Positions 1-12,800 of a stretch of DNA of 28,722 nt are shown here, in pieces. Position 1 is the first letter of the stretch. Every line of letters starts with the position of its first letter. The stretch is from contig UYFQ01000396.1 in the NCBI GenBank assembly GCA_900617105.1, positions 62,001-90,722 of the forward strand, written 5' to 3'. The notes beneath the pieces are model-generated. The model was not told the origin of the DNA. It searched no databases and saw only the letters and a list, made by a program, of their open reading frames with translations. Origin of the DNA: Hydrurus foetidus (taxonomy: Eukaryota). The position numbers and the translations under genes are program-made.

Positions 1-40
1 GACACTGCACCGCACCGCACTGCACTGCACTGCACTGCTT
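1..40. repeat. Pentanucleotide microsatellite (GCACT/GCACC)n
   Basis: Direct reading: gacactgcaccgcaccgcactgcactgcactgcactgc. Confidence 0.8.
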
Positions 41-928
41 GGCGTTGTGAGGGCAACTGAAGACATCGTAGAGCAACGCTCACCTCACCACACCATATCG
101 TACCACACTTCACTAAACTGTCGCAGTGCATCATCTTAAAATAGCGCAGTACACCACACCACACACAATGTCACAATCATCACATTATCCATTTCCCTAT
201 TCATCATGCCTTGTCCTGCCAACTGACGTCCATGTACAGCTTATCGCTTCGACTTCATTTCATCTGTTCGCATCACATAGGCATTCTTCTTCATTTTATT
301 CATCTTATTAGCAAACCTTCCGATAGCTAAATCATGGAAATCTATCATATAGATGTCCGCCACACCACCCTCTACCCTATTTTCAACGCTGTCTCCATTC
401 TCACCCTATTCTCTGATCGCACCTCTTCCCCTTTCTCCGTGCGTCCAGTAAATTCATTTTATCACATTTTTCTTTTCTTTTCTCCTCTAGATCCATTGTA
501 CTTAAGTTTACCAATTGTATAATAATCCCAATAATCTTTGAAAAGTTGCAATCCGAGAAAGCGTTATCTATCTCTTTTTATGGGTCATCCCAACACATAG
601 CTTCACCTATTTATCAGTGTCCCAGTCTACTGTTTTCTACAGCGTATTTGGCGGAGTCAGAATATCAGATTCTCTTGGAGTTGTGATTTTTAAAATATTT
701 ATTTAATAAAAAAAAATGGAAATAGCGAAGTAACAGTGACAAGCAGCTGCTTGCGCCTGGGGATCCTGGATCTCAGATTCCAGGCGGGACCGACACCGAC
801 CCTTCGTTGCAGAGTGAAGTGAGACCACAGAGGAGAGAGGAGAAAACGATGCGACGGATGAGTAGACAAGATCGATCTAAACTTCTAGCGTACCACGGTC
901 CACATTTCCCTACATTTGCGCGAAGATA

Positions 929-1880
929 ATGTCGCTGGAGATTACCAAAGTTGCAACCGTCGAGCTCATGCGTGAGCTTGAGAGACGCCTGAGATGTAGC
1001 GAGAAGAAAGAAACTCGGTAAGAGTTGAATGATCAGAATCAGTTTGCACGACTTTCATAGCGTTGCTAGCCTTTTAGAGAAGATATGGTTCATGCTTCTT
1101 TTATAATGAACCTTTTCTTACCGCAATTGCTAATGCACCACCAGCACCATTTTTTTCGGCCCTCCTGGTGCCGGCAAAGGAACCCAAGCGCCAAGAATCA
1201 AAGAGGAATACTGCCTTTGCGTAAGTCTGCAGGAAATAGAATGCAGTCATTCACGTGCTGATTTGGCTCCTCTTAATTGTGATAGGACCCTAAGCAATCG
1301 TCTTTATACCTATTTTCAGCACTTGTCCACAGGTGACATGTTGAGGGAAGCAGTCAAGAATGGTACGGAGATGGGACGCAAGGCAAAGTCCATCATGGAC
1401 GCTGGAAAGCTTGTCGGCGATGATGTCGTAGCCGGCATTGTTGCCGAGGCTATCAAGGGCCCCGAGTGCTCCAAGGGCTTTATCCTTGACGGTTTCCCAA
1501 GAACTGTCGAACAAGCGAAAATTCTTGACACCTTACTTTCTGAGCAAAATGTCGCAATTGGCAAAGTGGTCAACCTGCAGATTGACGATCAGCTGTTGAT
1601 AAAGAGAGTGACTGGTCGTTTGATTCATGCTGCGTCAGGACGCACGTACAACACGTTCTTCTCCCCTCCTAAGGTAGAGGGAATGGATGACGTCACAGGG
1701 GAGCCATTGATGAAGAGAGGTGACGACACAGAAGCAAAACTGCAAACTCGACTGGACGAGTTCCACAATAAAACAAAACCTGTTCTGGCGTTCTACGGTG
1801 CTAAGGTAGCTGACATCAACGCTGACGCAGACATGGAAGAGATCACAGCTAATATTCGCACTGCCCTGAACTCCGAATAA
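929..1880 (+). CDS. ADK: Adenylate kinase (long-LID, AK2/ADK1-like), 3 exons: 929-1017, 1145-1220, 1320-1880; 241 aa
   Basis: Spliced translation [64 protein letters not shown]... It has the P-loop [29 protein letters not shown] and the LID segment RLIHAASGRTYN...DDVTGEPL.KR.DD. GT-AG introns at 1018-1144 and 1221-1319 keep the frame. Confidence 0.96.
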
Positions 1881-2303
1881 ATAATAAAAAGTTATCATGG
1901 CATTTTGTAGCAAATAACCAGCCTATCATTTTAGATCCACTTTACTCCTTCTTATTTGTTATACTTAATTTGAGTGCCAGGAATTGTATGCCGGCAGCGA
2001 CACGGCAATGCTCTTACACCGAGATCGTTTGTTTTAATTAAATTTGACAATAAACACAAGGAGTCATTTTGACTTGAGTGGGAAAACCATCCAATTAGAG
2101 AAGAGAAGAGAAGTCGAATAAATCTGTCTCAACGTAACTCAAGCGGAACATTATGGTAAAGAACAGACACTTGAAAGTTAGTTGAGAAAGCTACGACAAC
2201 AAACTATTGAGGGTGCGAGACGAGGAATCATTTGGCGAGGGTGATGCACAAGTCACTCCCCTGTGTTACTCACGGAAATGCACAGAGTAGCGCAGTACTG
2301 ATA

Positions 2304-2439
2304 CCGTAAAAACTGGTTGCTCCAGTTGTCGGATGTCTTCAGTTCTGGAGAGCTTCCTCAACTGGTTCTATCCGGTTGCAACTGATGGTCTAAAAAGTTA
2401 TAACTGAAGATCCGGAACTGTAACAACCAGTTTTAACGG
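2304..2439. mobile_element. MITE (Tc1/mariner-type, TA target duplication), 136 bp
   Basis: Reads TA|CCGTAAAAACTGGTTG...CAACCAGTTTTAACGG|TA. The imperfect inverted arms extend about 40 bp (to tcttcagtt / aactgaaga). TA lies at 2302-2303 and 2440-2441. Confidence 0.75.
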
Positions 2440-3085
2440 TACCGTCCTTGAAAGCGTATATACGCTTCTTTGTCGTATACCTACGAAGAAAAGACAGTAG
2501 AAGCATTCACCCTCGCATCATACCGCACCGCAAATTGTGCAAGTATGACTACAGCACGGGGAGTGTGAGAGTAGAATTTCATATTTCGCCAATACCGGCC
2601 TCTATTAGAAACAGTACCGACCATTGTACGACTTTACCGGTGACTAATTAGACCTTACTAAAATGCCTAGGATATTCAGAACAAACCAAAATATACAGAA
2701 AACACCTCTCTTCGAGAGATAGAGAGATGAGCTGCACCTGTAATATATCTCTCCTCAGTAGAGGACATCGATATAGTATGAAGAATACAAATGGATCCTT
2801 TTGCGATATCGAGGTGTTGAGCTAATAGAGAAGTGTGCAAGTAGTTGCGTCGTGAACTGAATTGGGCTGATGATAATACTTCACTTCTGATCATGCTGCG
2901 GGTAATATACCGAAAGTATGAGCAGAAAGAAATAGTAGTTTCAGCTCGGTTCTAGTCGGTCATTAATGGACCATCTTTAAATCCAACCCTCGCGCGCTAG
3001 TTTCAGCGAGAGACACTCTAGATTCACTAACTTGTCTCACCTGTAACAACTTCCTTGCCCTCTTCCAAATCTGCTTTTTGGTGCT

Positions 3086-4075
3086 ATGTGGACTGCTAGA
3101 ACAGTTGTAGGTCTAAATGGGTTGCCTAAGGTTCACCTCTCCAACAGTATTTCAAAATCGTCAGCAGATATCTACTTCTTCGGAGCTACTCTCACAAGTT
3201 GGGTGGATAAGAACGGCACAGAAAACATTTTCGTCAGTTCTGCTGCTCTTTTTAATGGCGTCAAAGCCATCAGGGGAGGTAGGAAGCATATCACCAGCAT
3301 TTCTCGTCTGCGTGCGAAAGTGTGTATTAACCTCGATATTCAATTCCTAGGAATCCCCGTGGTATTTCCGCAATTTGGACAACCGCTGAAGAGCATGCCT
3401 CAGCATGGCTTCGCCCGCACCTCACAATGGACTCTTGAATCAAGCAGCTCTGAGGAAGGGTCTGTGACTGTTACTTTCAGCTTGACGGATAGCGACGCAT
3501 CATTTGCACTGTGGCCCCATAGATTCAAATTAGAATACACCGTCATGCTCGCCGATGAATATCTTTCATGCTCATTAAAAGTGAGAAACACCGATTATTC
3601 GGGATTCGCTGTTCACACGCTTCTGCACACCTACCTCAAGGTTCCTTCGATAAAAGACGTCACTGTCAAGGGATTCAAAAACAGATCTTTCGTAGACAAG
3701 GTTGACGATTCTAAAGTTGGACACGACACAAGAGACGTTGCGACTATTGATGGGGAGGTTGACCGTGTGATGACTGGTGATCGGGACAGTGCCCTTTCTG
3801 TGACGATGGAGACCGGGACGGGACCTGACCACAAGTGCGTCACTGTAGGCGCCAAGGCAATCCTAACCGATCACGAAACAGGCGAAAATACCGTATACCC
3901 ACACGATGTCGTGTTTTGGAATCCTTGGATCGAGAAGGCGAAGGCGTTGGCCGATCTGGGAGACGAAGATTATACCGGATTCCTGTGTCTTGAGCCGGGC
4001 ACCACGTCTGAGTGGGTAGCAGTGAAGCCGAATGATTCCCTGACTCTGACCCAAGTTCTCACTTCTTCTCGGTGA
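3086..4075 (+). CDS. Glucose-6-phosphate 1-epimerase (D-hexose-6-phosphate mutarotase, aldose 1-epimerase superfamily), 2 exons: 3086-3278, 3351-4075; 305 aa
   Basis: Removing the 72-nt GT-AG intron at 3279-3350 restores the family motif KAIRGGIPVVFPQFG. Also present: QHGFART..W, LLHTYL, GEVDRV, DVVFWNPW..KA..LADLGDEDY..FLCLEPG. Confidence 0.93.
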   Translation: MWTARTVVGLNGLPKVHLSNSISKSSADIYFFGATLTSWVDKNGTENIFVSSAALFNGVKAIRGGRKHITSISRLRAKVCINLDIQFLGIPVVFPQFGQPLKSMPQHGFARTSQWTLESSSSEEGSVTVTFSLTDSDASFALWPHRFKLEYTVMLADEYLSCSLKVRNTDYSGFAVHTLLHTYLKVPSIKDVTVKGFKNRSFVDKVDDSKVGHDTRDVATIDGEVDRVMTGDRDSALSVTMETGTGPDHKCVTVGAKAILTDHETGENTVYPHDVVFWNPWIEKAKALADLGDEDYTGFLCLEPGTTSEWVAVKPNDSLTLTQVLTSSR

Positions 4076-4617
4076 CGTTCTGCGTACCGTGAACGTACGA
4101 ACAACATCTACACTGCCAGTACAACTGCTTGACGACTCATTGCGTTTGAGAGTGTGTTGTACGAAACGGCAGTGCTCATCTTTATTCATTTTATTGGCCT
4201 TTACATGATTACGATGATGTGTACGTACGTGTGCATTTCCAGGACTAAATACTAAAATTTAAATAGTGCTGTTACTACGTACGCATGTCGAACGTAAGTG
4301 CATCTGCATTGGTTACAAAATAGAGTTAAAGTAGATGATGCGAAATAATGGCCAACATCGATCGAGCTTGCTCTCTGTACTACGCTGTGCTGTGCCTTGC
4401 TGTGGTTTGGTTTGGTTTGACTTACTGTACATATTTACAGAACAGTTAATCAGGAGGTACTCTCGTTGATTTATCTTGGTACATTACCATGTAAAATAAT
4501 TGTGATAATTAAATTGAAAATGAAGCGATGTATGTCTCGTAATATCTCAAGCTACACGCGATACACCACCATTGCCAAGTACGATGTGTTTGGCTGCTTG
4601 CTGTGCAGTATGGTGCT

Positions 4618-4712
4618 ATATAATGCATTGTACTGCACTGTCTGCATTGCACTGCACTGCATTGTGCTGCATTGCATTGCACTGTGCTGCATTGCATTGC
4701 ACTGTGCTGTGC
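4618..4712. repeat. Degenerate pentanucleotide microsatellite (GCACT/GCATT)n
   Basis: Direct reading. It explains the spurious C/H/L-rich ORFs in all frames here. Confidence 0.8.
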
Positions 4713-5128
4713 CAAAGTGTACCTCAACACCTCAGAATGTCACTACTATTATCTCTTCTCCATTCCATTTCGTCCTGTAACAAAAGCAGAGAGAGAATAA
4801 AACGTTCAGCAGGAACTAGAACTTGATTCCAGAATTGCATCAAATTGATGGGAAATAGTAAAATATCGAATTCCCTTTTGTTCCACATTTTGCCTCACTT
4901 TAATTCGTTTCATTCTTTCTCTTTCGTTATTCCATTTCTGCTTTCTTTTCGGTTCGTCACGTTTTCTTTTTTTGTTTGCCTTTCTGAATGTCATTGTCGG
5001 TTACTGTTCTGACCAATAACTGCTCCTATTACTCACATCAGAATCATCACCATTATGATCGATAATTTCGTACTTTTAAAAGTGATACGTATTGCTCCCG
5101 TTGATATTGTTGTAGTTGATCTCAGTGA

Positions 5129-5726
5129 CTACTGTGTGGTGTTGCTGTTCGACATCCCGAAGTGCTGTGCTAGGCGACTAGAGAACTTTCTCTCCTTGTC
5201 TTTCTCTTTATCCTTACTGTCTCTATCTTTGTCGTGAGAAAGATCGTCTCCATTGCCGTTACGGGGGGGAAGGCCCATGCGCTGCATCAGGGCAAAGGAA
5301 AAGAAGATATTGATAGAGGGTGGGGGACAGGAAAGGAGGGAGGGGGAGATGAAGAAAATAAAGGAGGGGAAAATAAAAAGGGAGGGAGGGAGGGAGTAAG
5401 AAAGGGATGAAGAAGACAGACAGGAAGGGGAGCAGCGGGTAAGATAGGGTGAAAGAGAGGGAGAGAGAGGGAGAGATGGTTCATGAGGTTTGGTAGAGAA
5501 GATCAGGAACAAATGGAGACAATGAAGTGAAAAGATGGAGAAAAAGATAATGTCAAGGGAGTCAAGTTTGAGTGGTGCGAAATCTACTTACACTGAATCA
5601 CATGTAGTTCTATTAAATCGACCTACTTAATTGAAACTAAAATCAACTGAACTCAAGTGCACTACATGACATCGCATGATGTCAATATATGGATCATGTT
5701 CGCGATGAAATTTAAAATAACAATGA

Positions 5727-5782
<56 letters not shown>

Positions 5783-6770
5783 AGGAAAGAAAGAAATATG
5801 GTGGAAATAAAGACGGAAAAAAGGAAAAGAAGACAAAAAAGGACGGAAGAAAGAAAAGAAAGAAAACAATAAAGAAAGGAAAGAAAGAAGAAACTGTTGA
5901 TAGATCACCTGTTTCGAAAACATGTTTGAGAGTAGATTGCTGCTTCCCTCTTCTTTTTCTTTTTCCCTCTCCTTTTCCCTTTCTTTTTCGCGCTCTTTTT
6001 CTTTTTCTTTTTCTTTGTCAATTTCGTACAAGGCATCAATTATCTGAAAGAAAAAATATATAAATCAATAATAATATTCAGTCATGTAATCCAGTTCTGG
6101 TGAACTGCGTGTTTTGAAAACCTTCAATGGTCTATTAAGTATCGTTATGACTCAGAATAGCCGTGTAACCTTGGGGGGACCGTGTGTCAGTCACAGTCAC
6201 AAACAAACGGTCTACAATAGAGTTGTCCTATATTACATATAAATGATACTGAATGGCCTATGTAAAATCGGATCATTCAAAGCTAATATTGTTGGAGACG
6301 AAACCCCCTTCCTCTCCCCTCTCCCCTCTACCCTTTTTCGTACCCCAATGCAATACAATTTATACGTGTATTTACTCATACAAGAAGATTTAAGAATGTA
6401 CGAATATCGAGTATTCACCATAAGACAGAAAAAGGTATGAAAAAACATCAGCAAACAAATCTATGGCAATGAGCACGTACGAATTAAATCACCTGTACTG
6501 CATTCTTGACTTTCTTCCCTGTAGTTGCTATGTGCATAATAGACGGTGAGTTGAGTACTAAATTGAGCAGTCCCGCGATGTGTCGGTACGCGTAATCCTT
6601 CCAGTTTAAGTTCACCCACATCATCAAATCTAGTACGTTGTTGAGTGTGTTGAGTTGAGTTGAGTTGAAAATGATGTTAAGTTGGTGTTAAGTTGGTGTT
6701 AAGTTGAAGTTATAGGTGTAATGTGGAGAGGTTGGTGAGAAAAGAGAGAAGACAGAAGAGAGAAGACAGA

Positions 6771-6826
<56 letters not shown>

Positions 6827-6848
6827 AGAGAGAGAAGACAGAGAGAGA

Positions 6849-6882
<34 letters not shown>

Positions 6883-9800
6883 AGAGAGAGAGAAGAGAAA
6901 GAGAGAAGAGAAAGAGAGAGAGAGAGAGAAGAGAGAAGAGGCATTTTGATTGTGTCTTGATGCATGTGTCGCACTGTACTGTGCGTACGTGGCTCATAAA
7001 GCTGACTAGCTCAATCACTTTTCTTACCGCAGTCATCTATCCATCTCATCCCTTACTCGTAAACAGACACACGCACACAGAAAAACTCACATACACCAGG
7101 TCAAGTTGGATGGCAGGTTATGATAGCTGCATCAAATTATTCAATACTGCGCTACGCCATATTGTACTAAACAGTACAAGGGTAACTCCACAGTATACAA
7201 AATACGGTGCATCAGATTGCACAAAATACGAAATACGAAATGTCAGACATCACTACACTTTACAACACAACAGTACAGTACACTTTACTACACTGCACTA
7301 CATTGCACCACACTCCACTCCACTATACTACACTACCTTACCCCACGCAGAATAAAGAAAGAGAGATCCCGTACCTTCTTCAGGCATGTAGGTGGCTTGT
7401 ATGAAATTGTCCACCTTCTCCTTCCCAGTCCGTATCGCATCCGAGCTGACCCACGCACTCCCACCACCACTTCCTGTCCCACTCTTCTCTTTCCCTTTGT
7501 CTTTCTCCCTCCCTTTATCTTTTTCTTTCCCTACGTCTTTAGTAGCGCTCCCATCTTTGAACTCACCCTTGCTTTGACTAGAAACTGAAACTGAAGAAGA
7601 AGAAGAGGATGGAGATGCTTGACCGGGTAGAGATCTTGAGGAGGAGGAGGGGGAAGGGTCTGTTCTGACTTGGTCTAGTCCGGTGTAGAGATCAGCAGCG
7701 TCTAGAGTCATCGCTAGTCTCCCTTCTTGCGAACATCTCCTAACGCGAGAGAATCCCTCTAGGGCGATGTCGAAGGCACACATGCACACTTCGTTCCAAA
7801 TCTAATGATGGAGATAGACAGATAGATGGATTGTTGGATGGTTGAGAGGATGGAGTATGGGGAGGTGTGCGGTAATGACTGTTAGGAAATGTGCGAGCAA
7901 TTGTATTAGACATGTACTGGTGGCAGACATACCTGCAGAAGCACAGCCAGCCAGACACAGAAGCACAGCCGGTCAGACAAAAATAAAAAAAGATGTGTAG
8001 ATATTCAAAATGAAAATGATAATACACAACACAATGTTATTTATTCATTTCAAACCTTATAAAATCTAATAAAACGAAATAAAATAAAATCTATCTGATT
8101 CTACCTGTTCTTTGACTTCGGAGGGAATGGGGTTTGACTGGTTCCTGGATCCGTCTAGAGGGGTACGGGCCTCTAAATAGGACCACACCTATGGGGGGCG
8201 AGGGAGAAGGAGAGAAGGAGAGAGGGGGAGAAAGAGAGAAGGAGAGAGAGGAAGAAAGAGAGAAGGGGAGAGGAGGAGAAAGAGAGAAGGGGCGAGGGGG
8301 AGAAAGAGAGAAAGAGAGAGAGGAAGAAAGAGAGAAGGGGAGAGGAGGAGAAAGAGAAGGGGAGAGGGAGAAGAGAAGAGGAGAAGAGGGAGGAGAGGAA
8401 GGAAGAAAGGAGGAGGAAGATGGAATGAGTGTGGAGAGGCTGGAAAGAGGATGGAGAGAGATATGGATAGGAAGAAAAGAAGAGAAGAGGAGCATGAGTG
8501 GCGTATCACAGTATTAATACAGTACAGCGTACAGAACAGCATGGCACAAAAAAGCAAAGAAAAGAATAGCATAGCGTAGCATTGCACAGGAAACCTCACC
8601 ACACTACAACATGCCACACCACACCACATCACATCACATCACACACTCACAGCTTGTACCTGTCTACACCGCTCCACCAGATCGAAGACCCACTCATGGC
8701 TCGTCTGTCTGACCTTCTTGCTGTCCCAACTGCACTTACCAGAATCGTTCATATGCGCCCAAATCTAACACGTACATACGTACACACATACAAATTAAAT
8801 CAAAATGAAGAAATTATTCTGTAGGAGTGATCTGGGTAACAGATTTACTAATTACAACCGATTATTCTGTTCCGGTATAATCATACAGTGAGTCATGGTG
8901 CTTTGCGTCATATGTGTTTTGTGTGATGCGCGATGTAGGTTAGTCTGGGTGTAGAAGGTGAAGGAGATCCTCGGAGCGGATATGGGGGATTCGAGGAGAG
9001 ATTCAGATTGAAGTTGAGGGGCTGATTTCACAAACACCCAAGGACACACACGCATCCACATACCATTTCAAACAAACGGAAGAACATTCGAGTATTCAGA
9101 AATAAACACACACACAATCACTGACACACACACATTGAATGGATACATACATCAATACAGAGGTACACACGCACGCACATGTACATTTCTATTTTGTCTG
9201 TCTGACTCACAGTAGTGGCTTGTAGAAGTTGGGGACATAGAGACCGATACACCGCTGACTGCAATTGTGCCACGACCACCTGAGAGAGATGAGAAGATGG
9301 AAGAGAAGCCAAAGGAGGGGAGAAGAGAGATGTGAAGAGTCGAGAAGAGAAGATGGAAGAGAAGAAGAGAGGATGAAAGTTAAATGGTGATAAATGATGT
9401 CAAGATAAGAGAGCAGAGTAGAATGGAAGAAAGGAATCAAGATTGGGTTTAAATGTGACGAAATGCAGGAGTGAAAAAAGTGAGAAAGAAAGAGGAATGA
9501 AGAAGATAGCGAATTCCGATATGAGTGATCACAGCAATTCAATTGAGAGAAAAACACGCGTGTTCTCGACACAGAAGAGTCGCACCAAGAAAAGTCATCA
9601 TCACAATTATAACTCAAACTCTGGTACCATATCTTCCCAATCCGCTACATCTAATAAAGTAACATGGTACGATACACCATGACACAACATAACATAACAT
9701 GACACGACACATCATGACACAACATAACGCAAGAGAGTGTGTTGCAGTACCACATGGTACGACATTGTACAACATCGCGTACGTGCCTTGTAGTTGTCTA

Positions 9801-12800
9801 TGTATTTCTTGCAGGTCGGTTTCATCTCATCGGGCAGCAGTCTAGAGACCTTAGGGGCGATCTCAGAAAGAATCTAGAAAAATGGAGAGAGAAATAAGAG
9901 AGAAGAGAAGGGAAGAAAAGAGAGAAAGAGGTGTAAAGAAGAATAAGGAGTGTAGAGAGAAGGGGAGGAAAGAGAAGAATGAGCACAGAAGAGGGAAGAA
10001 TAATAAGAAAAGAAACAGAAGGGAAATAAAAGGAGAGAAGGAAAGAGAAGATAGAGGGGGAGAGAAGGGAGGGAGAGAGAAGTTTTTACGAGATGATGCA
10101 GATAGGTACATGCATACAATTGAAGATATAAGTACAAATATCTACGACTGTAACAACAGTCGTAAAACATCGCAAACGAATGATGTGAGAGAAGATGAGA
10201 TTAAATGAGTAAGCATGATATCGCGCAGCGTGCAATGTAATGTCATACGATGCAAAAATGTAAAATGCAATGGAAGAGTGAGGATATAGCAGATGTCAAT
10301 CAACTGCCAGAGCATATGAAGCCAAATAATACAACACATGTCATACCTTTTCATCTCATGTATGTCATCAATCATCATGTAAATCATGTTATACAATGTT
10401 TCATTATAAAATATATCACAACAAATGTCAGGACTTCTATAATGCCGCATCATATCATATCATATCATATCACTTCATTTCATTTCATAACACGTCATCT
10501 CACCGATAGAGCGAAGGAACAGCTCTGAGCAGCATCAATCTTCTCTCTCAAACAGTTATACTGTCTGCTATCTCCCCCTTTGCTCTGTATACACGCAGGC
10601 ACACTCAATACGGAAGATAATCGCAAAAAATACGAATCATCCATTCCGTTTAGCAGACCCGAATTATATGTACTAAATCCATGAGAACTGGAACTACTGA
10701 TTCCAGATTCGTTGGCAGTATTAGTGTGTGTGGTAGTGGGTTTGGAGGAAAATGTGTTAGAGAATGTGGTGGCGAATGAGGATGCCGCTGATACGCTGGG
10801 AGTATTTTCTCCACTCGCATTGCCGTCACTCTCTCTCTCTTTCTCTTTCTCCCTCTCCTTGTCTTTTTCTCTTTCTTTGTCTTTTGAGACTGATCGAACT
10901 CTCGGTTCTAAAAGTTCTATCAACGCCTTTTCCAAGTACATGTCAAGAGCCTAACGTACGTACGTACATAGGTGCAGGCAGATGGAGAGAAAAGAAAATG
11001 GGAAAAGATTAGGACAAGAACGTATAAAGGAAGGCACAAAAACACGAGCACACATGCGGGCAGCCAGATAAAGAGGCAGACATACACATAGACAGACAGT
11101 CAGATAAAGAGGAGAACAACAAGCAAAGCAGGTGTATGAAATAGCGGCCGTGATTTGATGCGATGTGATGAGCTGTGATAGTGTTGCGCAACTCTGGTGC
11201 ATTGTAGTGTAGTGCGGTGATGTGTGGTGTAGTGTAGTGTAGTGTGGTGTAGTATAGTTTGGTGCATTGTCGTGTAGTATGGTGTGGTGTAGTGCGGTGT
11301 TGTGTTGTGCAGTGAGGTATAGTGAGGTGTTGAATTATTTCATTTCTCTTCTCCCCGTATGCATGTTGCACTACACCGTGATGCAACATGGATCAGTGTG
11401 CTGCGATGTGCTGCCACATACTACTGTGCTGTGCATCTTCAAGCATTATAATCACAGTGCACCACACAGTACGTACAACACACACATCACGTACGTACCT
11501 CGTATTCGTGCGCTGTGTTGGGCGCAGCAGCAGCAGTGCTTGGCTGCCTGCCGAACACGGTCTGTCTCTCAGAGGGGACGAACCCCCAATACACCGCACA
11601 CAGATAGAAGTCGTACAAAGAGCACAGAGAGGAGAAGATGGTAGGTGCAGTATAGGGGAGGAGGAACATTAACTGTAAGTACCGACCGGTATATCGAGCG
11701 AGTCCGTTCAGACATGTTTGTGTCACGACATAGTATCGTGTCGCTGCAGCAGCGCTTTCAATCGCACTAGGAGTTAAAGTTGAAGTTGAAGTTGTTTTTG
11801 ATTTTGCAATTGCACTCCTCTTCAAATTGATGTTCGGAGTTGTGGGTGCTATTTCTACAGATAGAAACTTTCTGTACGCTTTAACGTCGCACATTGCACT
11901 CATCCCTCTCCCTCCCTCTCCTCCTCTCTCGCCACTACTGAACCCTACTTCTTCTTTTTCTTCATCTATTGTGTCCATAATCATGTTCAACTGAGTGGCA
12001 TTCTTGTTGTTTTTATCCCTAACTTCAACTTCAACTTGGTCTTCCAAAACGTTATTGTAGGATCGGAAGGGATTTCCCTCATCAGCAAAGGATTGAAGAA
12101 TAGAGTGGTGTTTCTTTTTTTCCTTTTGATTTCTACTCTTATTGTTGCATGTAGTGACGATAATATTTTTCTTGAGAATGCCAAGTACACCCCCCATATC
12201 TTCCAGATTGATATTAACCCCTAACCAAGACTCGCTATCTACCATGGAGCGTAACACCTGAAATGCCTCCTTGTGCATATGGGTAAAGTGTTCTTCGCTT
12301 TTCACGGCTAGGCATTGCAGGAGCAACGCGCTATCTGACTCACAGAACTCCTTCCCTAGCTCCGCCATAGTATACAGAGCCCACACTATACTTAAGAAAT
12401 CCTCACAGTTGACCGATGCTGGCAGCGCGACAGCTGAGAGCATATTTACCTAGGGAATTTAATTTCAGAATTATCAGCTCAGCAAAATGGTTGAGTTTGC
12501 TCAACGTTCAAATGGATTAAATTGGGAATGATAAGTTAGAGGGAAGGGGGGAGGGTAAGGGGTGGAATTATTCTGAATCAAAATGATTAGATGCGATTTC
12601 ATCTTATTTGCTGATAATTAATTTTCATCCCTTTACCTGTGCTCTTGTGATGGCATTCCATAAGGCCGCTCTGTCGTAAGAAAGTCGGCCGTAAACTACG
12701 GCTAATCTCGCTCCCCGTAATTTCGTTAACTTCGACGCAGCATCATCATCATCGCTCAATGTTCTGTTTGACGTACTCCAATGTCGAGTAAAGGAATCCG

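Noticed and set aside
126..522. Short ORFs at the window start
   Set aside because: Low-complexity, pyrimidine-rich sequence with no motifs.
2452..2467. Perfect 16-bp palindrome AAGCGTATATACGCTT next to the MITE
   Set aside because: Isolated and short. No function can be supported.
6699..7355. RE-rich and LS-rich ORFs
   Set aside because: Products of the intronic (GA)n tract.
8091..8632. GE-rich and SP/LF-rich ORFs
   Set aside because: Intronic purine minisatellite. The real exon (8188-8105) is in another frame.
8852..9061. Possible extra VPS50 exon
   Set aside because: The flanking exons already join into a continuous syndetin-like sequence (LLQATT-IWAHM...WDSKK), and no convincing splice pair was found.
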